Assembly (NCBI GenBank): GCA_021787665.1
Contig: JAJYLN010000002.1
Coordinates: forward strand, 74,377 to 138,376
Origin: a bacterium
GTDB lineage: Bacteria; JAMCPX01
Direction of reading: 5' to 3'
DNA length: 64,000 nt
Shown: positions 34,901 to 44,054 of the stretch, one piece after another
Layout: each line of letters begins with the position of its first letter
How positions within the stretch are numbered: the first letter of the stretch is position 1
Notes under the pieces: model-generated
What the model saw: only the letters and a program-made list of their open reading frames with translations
Database searches by the model: none
Told to the model about the DNA's origin: nothing
Program-made: the position numbers and the translations under genes

Positions 34901-37447
34901 GGCTTCGTCCCCGGTCAGCTCGGCCTCTTTTTTGAGGGCGTTTGCCAGCAGGGAATAGTCTCCGGTGTTCGTGGCCAGTCTCGCGAGCCATTGGTACTGT
35001 TCCGGGGTCGGGGGTTCCTTATCGATCAGCTTCATCAGGTAGACGGACGCTGTCCTGAGGTCGCCGGCACCTTCGTATGCGACCGCGAGTTTCCGGTAGA
35101 TCTCATTGGTACTGTCGACCTGCCCGTTGCCGGACGCCGGGAGTTTCAGGAGCGCCTCGAACGCTACGATCACGGCAGCGTTGTCTCCGCTCTTGTATGC
35201 GGAGTTGCCATAGGATTCGGCGAACTTCCTCTCGGTCTCCTTGAGCTCAAAGGCCATCCTGTAGTGCTGCAGTGCCTGCTCCTGTCTGCCGAGCTTGTCC
35301 AGGATGTAGGCACACTCGAACGTAAATTCCGGCAGTGCCTGTTCCTCTACGATATGGTGGCCAAGGGCGAAGTCATAACGCGGGGCAGCTTTTTCCCATG
35401 CGCCCGCATTGAAGTACAGCTTCGCGAGCGAGAGGTCCGCGTCGCCGTTGGTCGGGTCTATGGCGAGCGCACGCTCGAACGCGGAAATCGCCTTCTGCGG
35501 ATCTGCGAGCTTCTCGTGCCTTAGATGCCCGAGCTTTACGAGCAGCTCCACACCCGTTTGGTCTGTGTGGGGAGCGCTGTCTATCAGGAACGAATAGAGC
35601 CTGTCGAAGCCGTTAAAGTCCCCGGTCGTCTCAAAAAGTCGCTTCAGGACATCGATCGCGGACGAGGACGATGGCCTGAGTTCAAGCGCCTGCCACAGGT
35701 AGTCCTGCGCCCTCACGACGTCGATGCTTCTATCGAAGAGGATCGAGCCGAGCTCGATGAGTACGTCGTACCGGTCGTCGGTCACGGACAGCTTCTTCTC
35801 GAGCACTGTAACAAGCGCCGGATAGTCGCTGTTCTCTCGGTAGATCCTCTCGAGCGCTGCCAGGGCGGGCTCGCTGTCCGGGTGCCGGGCTACCAGTTCG
35901 CTGTACAAGGCAATGGCCTTGTCGTATTCCATGGTGTGTTTCAGGTAGATGTCCCCCAGCATGAGCTGGAGCCTGGTTCTCTCTCCGTCATCGTCCCCGC
36001 GCAGGTGGATGAGCCTGACGATGGTCTGCTCGGCCTCCTGCCACTTCTCCGAGGAAGCGTACAGGCCCTCCAGCGCCTCCAGGTAGCCGGCGTTGTCCTC
36101 GTCGAGCGCGAGAGCCCGGTTGTAGCTGTCCAGGGCGTACTCGTAGTGGGAAAAGCCCCTGAGATAGGCTTCGCCCAGGGATGCCCAGAGGACTGCGGAA
36201 TCCCTGTCGTCCTCCTTCCCGTTGAGTCTTTCAAGGTAGAATGACACCAGGCTGTTGTAGTCTCCGCTGTCCTTGTATATCTGCTCGAGGAGGGCGTAGT
36301 GCGACTGATCGCCGGTGAGCGACACCAGCGCAACGATGAGACGTTTTGCCGTGTCATAGTCCTTTCTTTCGATGAGAACCGGCAGGGCCTTTCGATACAG
36401 TTCTTCTTCACGGGGTGCGTCGTGCTCGAGGTCAATGAGTCTGCGGAGCGCTTCGTAGGCGCCATCTGCGTCGTGCGTTGAAGTACACGTGTCCATCTGC
36501 GCATAAAGAAGGTCCTTGTCGTCCGGCACTGCAGACAAGGCGGCCTTCAGGAAGGGTAGGGCTTTCTGGGGCTCGCCGAGTTCCCGGTAACTCATACCTA
36601 TTCTTTTGTCGATGTCCGGTGCGCTCTCTGTGGACTGGTGATCCTTCATCCGCAACAGGATCGGCAGGGACAGGAGTGGTTCGTCGCCCAATCCGTATTC
36701 AGGAGATGTGTATATGCGGTACAACTGCGGCACTGCCTGTTCCTCGCTGCCTGCTCCCAGTCCGAGGGCGGTCTCGTAGCTGCAGGCGCTCTCATAGAGG
36801 TCGCCCCGTACGCTCTCGTACATGCCCGCGAGCAGGCAGTAGAGGCCGGCCAGCTCCACACTCACGGCTTGCCCTCCGGACTCCAGGGCGTTTATAAAGA
36901 GCTCCCGGTACTCGAATATCGTAGAAAATGTGCCGCTCTTGTTCAGGTCCTCGTATGCGGTCCTGATGGCATCGTACGGAGGGGCCGTCGCAGCGGAGAG
37001 CATCGGGAGGGCCTCGTCGTACATCTTCAGGGAGATGTAGTTGTTGATGATCCGTTTCCTGAGATCCGCTGCCTCTGCTTCGTCCTGCGAGAGCAGGACC
37101 TTGCCCTCAAGCAGGATGGTGAGCTCCGGCAGCATGTTCAGGGTTTCGAAAATCTTAAGGAGGGCATCGATGACAGACTGCTCGCGCGGCTGGAGCTCCA
37201 GGGCGTCTATATAGAGCTCCACCGCCTTACCGCTGTCGTTCAGGTTATCGTAGTATATGCTCGCTGTCTCGGTGAGGTATGAGAGACGATCGCCGTTTTC
37301 CTCGGAAAGGCTGAATAGCCTCCCGTAAGTCTCTATGAGTTCGTCCCACTGCTTGTTCGCTCTGTATAACTCTGTCACGCCTTTCAGAGCAGGGACATTC
37401 TCCGGTTCGCTCTTGAGTATATCGAGATAATAAGTAAGGTTGTCCAC
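31961..37447 (-). CDS. Giant (1828 aa) cytoplasmic tetratricopeptide-repeat protein with a non-TPR C-terminal ~300-aa domain.
   Basis: No signal peptide. Dozens of 34-aa TPR units (W-LG-Y…A…Y…AL-P pattern) along ~1500 aa. The C-terminus (coded 31961-32900) lacks the TPR pattern. Confidence 0.75.
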   Translation of the reverse strand: MDNLTYYLDILKSEPENVPALKGVTELYRANKQWDELIETYGRLFSLSEENGDRLSYLTETASIYYDNLNDSGKAVELYIDALELQPREQSVIDALLKIFETLNMLPELTILLEGKVLLSQDEAEAADLRKRIINNYISLKMYDEALPMLSAATAPPYDAIRTAYEDLNKSGTFSTIFEYRELFINALESGGQAVSVELAGLYCLLAGMYESVRGDLYESACSYETALGLGAGSEEQAVPQLYRIYTSPEYGLGDEPLLSLPILLRMKDHQSTESAPDIDKRIGMSYRELGEPQKALPFLKAALSAVPDDKDLLYAQMDTCTSTHDADGAYEALRRLIDLEHDAPREEELYRKALPVLIERKDYDTAKRLIVALVSLTGDQSHYALLEQIYKDSGDYNSLVSFYLERLNGKEDDRDSAVLWASLGEAYLRGFSHYEYALDSYNRALALDEDNAGYLEALEGLYASSEKWQEAEQTIVRLIHLRGDDDGERTRLQLMLGDIYLKHTMEYDKAIALYSELVARHPDSEPALAALERIYRENSDYPALVTVLEKKLSVTDDRYDVLIELGSILFDRSIDVVRAQDYLWQALELRPSSSSAIDVLKRLFETTGDFNGFDRLYSFLIDSAPHTDQTGVELLVKLGHLRHEKLADPQKAISAFERALAIDPTNGDADLSLAKLYFNAGAWEKAAPRYDFALGHHIVEEQALPEFTFECAYILDKLGRQEQALQHYRMAFELKETERKFAESYGNSAYKSGDNAAVIVAFEALLKLPASGNGQVDSTNEIYRKLAVAYEGAGDLRTASVYLMKLIDKEPPTPEQYQWLARLATNTGDYSLLANALKKEAELTGDEARRAEIVLRRASILDDNLNDCPSAVTTLEDFIKTGKKELAVYERLNALYKKMNNRDGLISTAEEILKFQIPAGQRVDLLLGLATARHDDVRAAAGIYHDVLDLQPDNAAAFSALAGIYELSGDFKALAALFEERLQSMKTGDERTDMQKKLAAVRVDKLHDPDGGIAIYQDIVKERPSDISVYALLEALLVKKGDDALLDRFYRSAAANASQQETKIGYFIKSAELLSSRMHDEPEAIRAYESAFALDRTNSDVLIRLARLSASQHSKDSALNYYREAIQSKSVPDETIAALNYEYGGLLKEGGKAAEACTAYKNAYNRSPSNIDYRIAFGESAYATGLYKDAYDALKNITYAHEQELDPARLLPLYKLLSDIARKLGNIQQAVEYLLRAVDINDRDAESLRALDELTANLGNFELEIEVLIKLSKVASKPQDRAQVLIKIAKLRHDKLYDLNGAIPFLREAMAIVPDNVQIYDELLSIYREQSDTDNEIDILTRLLLTEKSTEGLVNASMRLGEIYLKLKNDPDAAKRYYLEALKKEPSSIPALKGLGSIFEQQGNFQGMAEMYQKFIKVLLPKEPKGILPLIKELGALYTTKLNDPDLAVQQYQTIVNIEPSDTDAHSALAELLSKSKSGTAEAVREYGVVLKQRPDSTQAVRFLAKFYEQKKDYDRVFSYYSALKLLGQEKDMERIFVDANRGKQPRHPKSPVTDDLFTAHLLHMKARGPLKDIVNAFPDNAESIFRPDLKFYGVGRQERVTSKSAAWQEYEGLLQTLGIRDMDVYQTSQGSFRIAIENTDPPSLIVNTSALTGMSAAEKAFVLTEYLTYVKAGFTLPMKLGRQRFSQLLGALILILNPSAAAPYDKDPGAGTIKNVLDDTLSKKQRGALDEPVKKYLKVTNHYMEDWFTGIEMTGVRTALFMVGDIEPVFSSLVKWHIGDASLLSNKEKRRGVFSSSEMMKDMLQFYLSDSHFLLRSRLGMSILSV

Positions 37448-37490
37448 CCTATACGCACCAGGCTGAATGGGATCGTATCGTGATCGTCCT

Positions 37491-37730
37491 TCAGGCGAAG
37501 ATATTGTAGAACAGTGCTATGAGCCATCCCACGATGTATCCGGTGACGAACCCGTAGATCAGTCCCAGGAGCGAACCACCGAAGGTTATAGAATAGCCCC
37601 TGTACACCTGATCGATCTTTACCAGAGTTCCCCCGCCATGATGGAGCAAGATGATGTAGTTTGTGAAGAGGAACAGTCCGATACCTGTCAGCAGCCCCCA
37701 GGCCAAGCCATAAGCGTTCTTCTTTAGCAT
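37491..37730 (-). CDS. Small membrane protein (79 aa, two predicted TM helices).
   Basis: AAGGAGG RBS 10 nt upstream. Hydrophobic segments LAWGLLTGIGLFLF and LLGLIYGFVTGYIVGWLIALF. ATG lies 2 nt after the upstream stop. Confidence 0.55.
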   Translation of the reverse strand: MLKKNAYGLAWGLLTGIGLFLFTNYIILLHHGGGTLVKIDQVYRGYSITFGGSLLGLIYGFVTGYIVGWLIALFYNIFA

Positions 37731-37731
37731 A

Positions 37732-38454
37732 TTACTTTACCTCCTTTATTTTCCCTTTGATCACGAATTGAGGGTACACCCATCCGTCTATAGTGAGTTT
37801 ATTGCTCCGTATATGGAAATAGGAGAAGCTCTCGTTGAGAAAGAATTGGCCCACGAAATCTACCCTTACCGGCCCTTTGATGCTCCGGATCTGCTTGTGT
37901 AGCCTGAAGTCGTTTCCGAGGAACGAGAATACCGGGATGGAGCTGCCGAATCTGTACTTCAGGTTGTCCGGGACCTTGAGTGTCACGGACTTGGTGAAGG
38001 CCGTCTGTGCGTCTATGGCGAGCTTTCCGGATGCCTCATCCAGCAGGTTCTCTGCGCGCCGGTATTCGTTGCTTTTGTACGCATCCAGTGCGGCGAAGTA
38101 CTGATGGACTGCGTACTGGCTCGGTACGAGCAGGTTGTCCATTTTCGCCCTTGTCGTTTCAAGGTGGTTCTTAATGGTATCCTTGAGTCGCTTCAGGACC
38201 GTGTAAGCCCTCTTCGCCTGATCGCGGGCCTCTCCGGCAAAGTTTTCAGCGGACGTGTAGCTGCCTCTTTTGCGGGCGGACCGGGCCTTTGCCATGTATA
38301 TCCTGTATCCCTGTGTGTCCACGGCCTCCGGGTGGAGTGTCAAAAGCCTTTCGTACGACGTCTGTGCCTGCTCGAAGGAAGTCCGTACGTCTATCGCCGC
38401 CGGACCGCATCCCATCACAGAGATGATTGCCAAAAATATCAGTGTTCTCTTCAT
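37732..38454 (-). CDS. Predicted lipoprotein (MKRTLIFLAIISVMGCG…), function unknown.
   Basis: Signal peptide plus lipobox. Start placed at the second ATG (38454), because the first (38493, MLKKNKYSYRVYF) has no RBS and precedes the signal peptide. Confidence 0.55.
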   Translation of the reverse strand: MKRTLIFLAIISVMGCGPAAIDVRTSFEQAQTSYERLLTLHPEAVDTQGYRIYMAKARSARKRGSYTSAENFAGEARDQAKRAYTVLKRLKDTIKNHLETTRAKMDNLLVPSQYAVHQYFAALDAYKSNEYRRAENLLDEASGKLAIDAQTAFTKSVTLKVPDNLKYRFGSSIPVFSFLGNDFRLHKQIRSIKGPVRVDFVGQFFLNESFSYFHIRSNKLTIDGWVYPQFVIKGKIKEVK

Positions 38455-38514
38455 AAAGTACACCCTATATGAATATTTGTTTTTTTTCAACATATTTTAT
38501 GGTAGAGCGGTGTC

Positions 38515-39486
38515 ATGTCGAAATCGTTGGTAACGGGCGGAGCTGGGTTTATAGGCTCGCATCTGTGTGAAGAGCTCTTAGCACGGGATGAAGAGGTTTT
38601 CGCCCTGGACGACCTTTCGACAGGAAGCCTCGTGAACATAGAACACCTGAATACCCATAAGCGCTTCCATCTGGTCATCGGCTCTGTGCTGGATGAAAAG
38701 GTTCTCGATGGCCTCATCGGCGAAGTCGACCGGGTGTTTCATCTCGCTGCGGCTGTAGGCGTGAAGCTCATTATGGAGAGACCCGTCGATACCATCGAGA
38801 CGAACGTCCTCGGTACCGAGAGGGTATTAAGCCTCGCGAGCAGGTACCGGAAGAAGGTGCTAATCGCCTCGACTTCCGAGGTCTATGGGAAGCACAGGGA
38901 CCATATATTGACCGAGACGAACAATATGGTACTCGGGCCCACGAAGAAGAGGAGGTGGGCATACGCGTGCACGAAGGCAGTGGATGAGTTCCTCGCGTTT
39001 GCGTACCATGAGGAAAGGGGACTACCGGTCGTGGTCGTGCGGTTCTTTAATACGATCGGCCCTCGGCAGACCGGGCAGTACGGTATGGTCGTGCCGAAGT
39101 TCGTCAGGAGCGCCCTGCTCGGCGAGCCGATAACCGTGTTCGGGGACGGCACGCAGTCGCGCAGCTTCACCTACGTGAAGGACGTGGTGAGGGCCGTACT
39201 CGTGCTCATGGAAAAGCCTGCAGCCGAGGGGGACGTTTTTAATATAGGGGACGGGCGCGAGATAACGATCCTCGACCTCGCCCGCAAGGTCAAGTTCCTC
39301 ACGGGCAGCCCGTCTGAGATCGTTTTCGTTCCGTACGACAGGGCCTACGGCACGGGGTTCGAGGACATGGAGCGGAGGGTGCCGGACATAGCGAAGATAC
39401 GGGAGCTTACGGATTATGGCCCCTCGATCGACCTCGACGAGGTCCTCGGGATGATCATACGGCACATGAGAAAGTTGAAGAGTTAA
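38515..39486 (+). CDS. NAD-dependent epimerase/dehydratase family protein (UDP-glucuronate decarboxylase / dTDP-glucose 4,6-dehydratase-like).
   Basis: N-terminal Rossmann motif TGGAGFIGSHL and the Y-x3-K region of extended SDRs. 323 aa. Confidence 0.8.
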   Translation: MSKSLVTGGAGFIGSHLCEELLARDEEVFALDDLSTGSLVNIEHLNTHKRFHLVIGSVLDEKVLDGLIGEVDRVFHLAAAVGVKLIMERPVDTIETNVLGTERVLSLASRYRKKVLIASTSEVYGKHRDHILTETNNMVLGPTKKRRWAYACTKAVDEFLAFAYHEERGLPVVVVRFFNTIGPRQTGQYGMVVPKFVRSALLGEPITVFGDGTQSRSFTYVKDVVRAVLVLMEKPAAEGDVFNIGDGREITILDLARKVKFLTGSPSEIVFVPYDRAYGTGFEDMERRVPDIAKIRELTDYGPSIDLDEVLGMIIRHMRKLKS

Positions 39487-39587
39487 GGGATTGAAGCGTC
39501 GGAACTCCGGAGCACGACACTCGGGGATTCCGCATTTCGCAACTTCATAACTCTATCGCTCGTTCGGCAAAAAAATGTTACTTTTTC

Positions 39588-39617
39588 TTGACAATCAAAA
39601 ATGTGAGTTTGTATACA
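39588..39617 (+). promoter_or_regulatory. Candidate sigma70 promoter for the TCA cluster: TTGACA (39588-39593), 18-nt spacer, TATACA. An A/T-rich UP-like stretch lies upstream.
   Basis: Exact -35 hexamer with a plausible -10. It lies ~125 nt upstream of the acn ATG, leaving a long leader. Confidence 0.4.
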
Positions 39618-39740
39618 ATATTCAAGTTTAAAACGTGCTGACGAGCTGAAGTGCTACAGGACTGTAGTTTCCTTTCTGCCCGGGTCAGGAGGACAGAGTG
39701 AGCTGCGAAGCATGACGACGTATACAAGTGAGGAGGCACT

Positions 39741-41666
39741 ATGGGTCAGAACATGGTACAAAAGGTAATCTCGTCCCATCTCGTTTCCGGCAGGATGAAT
39801 GCCGGAGAAGAGATCGCGATAAAAATAGATCAAACGCTTACGCAGGATGCGACGGGCACTATGGCGTACCTTCAATTCGAGGCGATGGGTATCCCCAGAG
39901 TAAAGACGGAGTTGTCCGTCAGCTATGTGGATCACAACACCCTGCAGACGGGCTTTGAGAACGCGGATGACCACAGGTTCCTTCAGACCATAGCTTCCAA
40001 ACATGGGATCTTTTTCTCAAAGCCCGGCAACGGCATCTGTCATCAGATACACCTCGAGAGGTTCGGGGTACCCGGAAAGATTCTTCTCGGCTCAGACAGC
40101 CACACGCCGACCGGCGGCGGCATCGGCATGATAGCCATCGGGGCCGGAGGGCTCGATGTCGCGGTCGCGATGGGCGGTGGACCGTTTTATTTGAACATGC
40201 CGAGAGTCGTGCTGGTCCGATTGACGGGCAGATTGAGGCCGTGGGTCAGTGCGAAGGACATTATCCTCGAGTTGCTGAGGAGGCTGACCGTCAAGGGCGG
40301 CGTCGGAAAGATATTCGAGTACGGTGGCGATGGAGTAGGGACCCTTACGGTCCCGGAGCGTGCGACCATAACCAATATGGGGGCAGAGCTCGGTGCAACC
40401 ACCTCCGTGTTCCCTTCGGACGCCATGACAAGGACGTTTATGTCGGCGCAGGGCAGGGCAAAGCAGTGGAAGAGGCTCGGGGCAGACGTGGACGCGGCGT
40501 ACGACGAGACTATAGACATCGACCTGTCGAAGCTCGTGCCTCTCGTGGCACAGCCGCATAGCCCGGACAATGTGGTAGAGATTAAGTCTATAGAGGGACT
40601 GAAGGTCAATCAGGTCGCGATCGGAAGCTGTACGAACTCTTCTTATAAGGACATGACGACGGTTGCGAAGATCCTGAAAGGCAGGAAGGTACATCCGGAG
40701 ACAAGCCTTGCCATATCTCCGGGCTCGAAGCAGGTCCTGAACATGATTGCCCGGTCCGGCGCACTGTCCGACATGCTGACCGCCGGTGTGCGGGTCCTGG
40801 AGACCGCGTGCGGGCCGTGCATCGGCATGGGGCAGGCGCCTGCGAGTGCTGCGGTGACCATACGGACCTACAACAGAAACTTCGAGGGTCGCAGTGGCAC
40901 ACCCGATGCAAAGGTGTATCTGCTCAGTCCTGAGGCAGCAGCGTTCTCCGCGATAAAGGGCGTGATTACGGACCCGCGGAAAATAGGCAAACCCCTCAGG
41001 GTTGCGATGCCGAAGAGGTTCGTCATCGACGACAGCATGATCATCCCTCCCTCGAGACACCCGGAAAAGGTCGAGGTCGTAAGGGGACCGAATATACAGC
41101 CGCTCCCGAGAAAGGAGCCGCTCGGCGACCAAATCGCCGGCACCGTCATCTTGAAGGTAGGAGACAATATCACGACGGACCACATCATGCCCGCCGGTGC
41201 AAAGATTCTGCCGTTGCGTTCCAACATACCTGCAATAGCAGAGCACGTGTTCGAGAGGGTTGATCCGGAATTCGCAAAGAGGGCAAAGGAAAACAACGGC
41301 GGGTTTATCGTGGGCGGATCGAATTATGGCCAGGGCTCGAGCAGGGAGCATGCGGCCCTTGCGCCCATGTACCTGGGCATCAGAGCCGTCATCACCAAAT
41401 CGTTCGCACGGATACACTATGCCAACCTGGTCAACTTCGGTATCTTGCCGCTGGTATTTGCCGATGAAGCGGACTACGGGCAGATAACGGAAGGAGACAA
41501 CATAACGATCAAGGACATACGGGCGCAGATCAGGAGCGGAGCTGCGATCAAGGCGTCGACCGCCTCCGGCAAGGGACTTGTATTAAAGCATAGCTTGACA
41601 CCCCGTCAGGTAGAAATCATACTTGCCGGCGGCCTGCTGAACTATACGGTCCAAAACAATGCGTAA
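39741..41666 (+). CDS. acn: Aconitate hydratase (aconitase family, catalytic and swivel domains fused, 641 aa).
   Basis: Aconitase-family Fe-S ligand motifs (…GSDSHT…, …IGSCTNSSY…, …CGPCIGMGQAP…). GAGGAGG RBS. Confidence 0.75.
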   Translation: MGQNMVQKVISSHLVSGRMNAGEEIAIKIDQTLTQDATGTMAYLQFEAMGIPRVKTELSVSYVDHNTLQTGFENADDHRFLQTIASKHGIFFSKPGNGICHQIHLERFGVPGKILLGSDSHTPTGGGIGMIAIGAGGLDVAVAMGGGPFYLNMPRVVLVRLTGRLRPWVSAKDIILELLRRLTVKGGVGKIFEYGGDGVGTLTVPERATITNMGAELGATTSVFPSDAMTRTFMSAQGRAKQWKRLGADVDAAYDETIDIDLSKLVPLVAQPHSPDNVVEIKSIEGLKVNQVAIGSCTNSSYKDMTTVAKILKGRKVHPETSLAISPGSKQVLNMIARSGALSDMLTAGVRVLETACGPCIGMGQAPASAAVTIRTYNRNFEGRSGTPDAKVYLLSPEAAAFSAIKGVITDPRKIGKPLRVAMPKRFVIDDSMIIPPSRHPEKVEVVRGPNIQPLPRKEPLGDQIAGTVILKVGDNITTDHIMPAGAKILPLRSNIPAIAEHVFERVDPEFAKRAKENNGGFIVGGSNYGQGSSREHAALAPMYLGIRAVITKSFARIHYANLVNFGILPLVFADEADYGQITEGDNITIKDIRAQIRSGAAIKASTASGKGLVLKHSLTPRQVEIILAGGLLNYTVQNNA

Positions 41667-41679
41667 AGGAGAGATATAG

Positions 41680-42933
41680 ATGGCAATGCAAGGAACAAAG
41701 ATAGGCTTTAAGAACGGTAAGCTGGAAGTAGCTGATGATCCCATCATTCCGTTTATAGAAGGCGACGGTACCGGGGCTGACATTTGGCGGGCTTCTGTGA
41801 TGGTCTTTGACGCCGCTGTCCAGAAGGTCTACCGGGGCAAGAAGAAGATCTTCTGGAAAGAGATTTACGCCGGCGAAAAGGCATTCAAAAAGTTCGGCAC
41901 ATGGCTCCCGGATGAGACCTTGAAAGCGGTGGAGGAGTACATCGTCGGCATCAAGGGCCCCCTGACGACGCCGGTCGGGGGCGGTATCAGGAGCCTGAAC
42001 GTTACCCTAAGACAGAAGCTCAATCTGTTCGCCTGCGTACGGCCCGTGAAGTACATCCCGGCAGTACCGAGTCCGGTAAAGCATCCCGAAAAGATGGACA
42101 TCATCATATTCAGGGAGAACACCGAGGACGTCTATTCCGGCATTGAATGGGCACAGGGTACGCCTGAGGCAACGAAGGTAATAAGATTCCTCAAGGAAGA
42201 GATGGGCGCGAAGTTCAGGGACGACGCAGGCGTGGGCATAAAGCCCATCAGTATAACCGGGACGAAGCAACTCGTGCGCATGGCAATACAGTATGCGCTC
42301 GATAAGAGGCGCAGGAACGTTACGATAGACCATAAAGGCAACATCATGAAGTACACGGAGGGCGCGTTCAGGGAATGGGCGTACCAGGTCGCAAAAGAAG
42401 AGTTCAGAGACAGGATTGTGACCGAGGAGGAGATCGAGAAGCAGTTCGGCGGTAAGCCCCCGGTAGACAAGCTGATCGTGAAAGACCGAATAGCCGACAA
42501 TATGTTCCAGCAGATACTGACGCGGGCCGACGAATATGACATCATCGTGACCCCGAACCTGAACGGCGATTTTCTTTCCGATGCATGTGCCGCGCAGGTC
42601 GGGGGGCTCGGCATGGCGCCGGGCGGGAACATCGGCATACCATACGCCATGTTCGAGGCCACGCACGGCACGGCACCCAAGTACGCAGGCCAGGATAAGG
42701 TCAACCCGGGCTCCGTGATCCTTTCCGGCGCCATGATGTTCGAGTACCTCGGGTGGGACCCGGTAAGCGCGGTCATCAAGGAGTCGCTCGGAGAGACCAT
42801 AAAGCAGAAGAGGGTCACCTACGACCTCGAGCGACAGATGGAAGGCGCGAAGCTCCTGAAATCATCGGAGTTCGGGAAGGCGATCGTCGAGAACATGGAC
42901 GGGGCAATAAAGAAACTCAAGATAGAGAGGTAA
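41680..42933 (+). CDS. icd: NADP-dependent isocitrate dehydrogenase (prokaryotic type I).
   Basis: …[10 protein letters not shown]…, …NLNGDFLSD… motifs. 417 aa. Confidence 0.9.
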   Translation: MAMQGTKIGFKNGKLEVADDPIIPFIEGDGTGADIWRASVMVFDAAVQKVYRGKKKIFWKEIYAGEKAFKKFGTWLPDETLKAVEEYIVGIKGPLTTPVGGGIRSLNVTLRQKLNLFACVRPVKYIPAVPSPVKHPEKMDIIIFRENTEDVYSGIEWAQGTPEATKVIRFLKEEMGAKFRDDAGVGIKPISITGTKQLVRMAIQYALDKRRRNVTIDHKGNIMKYTEGAFREWAYQVAKEEFRDRIVTEEEIEKQFGGKPPVDKLIVKDRIADNMFQQILTRADEYDIIVTPNLNGDFLSDACAAQVGGLGMAPGGNIGIPYAMFEATHGTAPKYAGQDKVNPGSVILSGAMMFEYLGWDPVSAVIKESLGETIKQKRVTYDLERQMEGAKLLKSSEFGKAIVENMDGAIKKLKIER

Positions 42934-43007
42934 CATTAACAATGACCTCCTCACCCCTCCTTCAGGGAAAGAGGGAGGGCGAGGGAGATTAAAAAAAGGA
43001 GGTTTTT

Positions 43008-43946
43008 ATGGCACGAAAGAAGATAACAGTAGTTGGCGCAGGACGCGTCGGTGAGTCGACTGCAGCGCTGCTTACGGAGAAAGAAATAGGCGACGTTGTA
43101 GTCGTCGATGTCGTTCCGAACATGCCGCAGGGCAAGACTCTCGACCTTATGGAAGCGAGGCCGGTCTATGGGACCGATATAAACGTCGTTGGCTCGAACG
43201 GATACGACGAAACTAAGAATTCCGATGTCATCGTCATCACCTCGGGTATGCCGAGGAAGCCGGGCATGAGCAGGGAGGACCTGCTTTCGACGAACGTCAA
43301 GATCGTCCAGAACGTTACGGACAATATCGCGGCCAGATCTCCCAACGCCATCATCATCGTAGTGGCAAATCCAGTCGATGGTATGACCTATGTCTCCTAT
43401 AAGATCAGCAAGTTCCCGAGAGAGCGGGTCATGGGTATGGCGGGTGTGCTCGACGCTGCGCGGTTCAGGACTTTCATAGCGATGGAGCTGAACGTGTCGG
43501 TCGAGGACGTCAGTGCGTTCGTTATCGGTGTCCACGGTGACGAGATGGTACCCTCCGTCAGGTACACGAGTGTAGCAGGTATACCGGTTTCGGAGCTCAT
43601 ATCCAAGGAGAGGCTCGACGGGATCGTGGCAAGGACCAGAACGGCGGGCGGCGAGATAGTGAAGCTGCTGGGATTCAGCGCCTACTATGCACCTGCGGCC
43701 TCTGCCGTACAGATGGTTGAGTCGATACTCAAGGACAAGAAAAAGATCCTTCCCGCCATCACGCTGTGCAATGGCGAGTACGGGCTCAAGGACGTGTTCA
43801 TGGGCGTGCCGGTCAAGCTCGGTGAGCATGGCATCGAGAAGATATTCGAGATAAAGATGACCGCAGAAGAGGCGGCGGCGCTGAAGAAATCCGAGGAGGC
43901 CGTTACCAGGCAGAAGAACGAGATCGACAAGTTAAAGCTGTTTTAA
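43008..43946 (+). CDS. mdh: Malate dehydrogenase (LDH-like MDH).
   Basis: …[11 protein letters not shown]… Rossmann fold. …ANPVD…, …GVHGDEMVP… motifs. Confidence 0.9.
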   Translation: MARKKITVVGAGRVGESTAALLTEKEIGDVVVVDVVPNMPQGKTLDLMEARPVYGTDINVVGSNGYDETKNSDVIVITSGMPRKPGMSREDLLSTNVKIVQNVTDNIAARSPNAIIIVVANPVDGMTYVSYKISKFPRERVMGMAGVLDAARFRTFIAMELNVSVEDVSAFVIGVHGDEMVPSVRYTSVAGIPVSELISKERLDGIVARTRTAGGEIVKLLGFSAYYAPAASAVQMVESILKDKKKILPAITLCNGEYGLKDVFMGVPVKLGEHGIEKIFEIKMTAEEAAALKKSEEAVTRQKNEIDKLKLF

Positions 43947-44054
43947 GAAGAATAGATGAGCAATCGGGGCGCGGCACCGGGGGCGCCACGCCCTTAACTC
44001 CCCTTGCCCCACTTATCGTAAGAGGGAGATACAGAAAAGTGTTAAAGGTGAAAA

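Noticed and set aside
33566-35524. 652-aa ORF on the plus strand. Similar long ORFs occur antisense to other genes: 32216..33031 and 35525..36244 (also antisense to the TPR gene), 7777..9630 (Omp85), 40092..41417 (acn), 46825..48129 (sdhA), 61851..63368 (RND pump), 14089..15342 (recG), 5879..7042 (tamB).
   Set aside because: All lie antisense to long, well-supported genes. They are Arg/Leu/Val/Gly/Pro-rich low-complexity translations with no RBS. The GC3-rich sense codons simply suppress stops on the opposite strand.
39588-39625. Possible CRP/FNR-type site (TGTGA-N6-ATACA) or FNR box (TTGACaATCAA) in the acn promoter.
   Set aside because: Half-site match and spacing are both poor for CRP (3/5 second half-site) and wrong for FNR (1-nt instead of 4-nt spacer).
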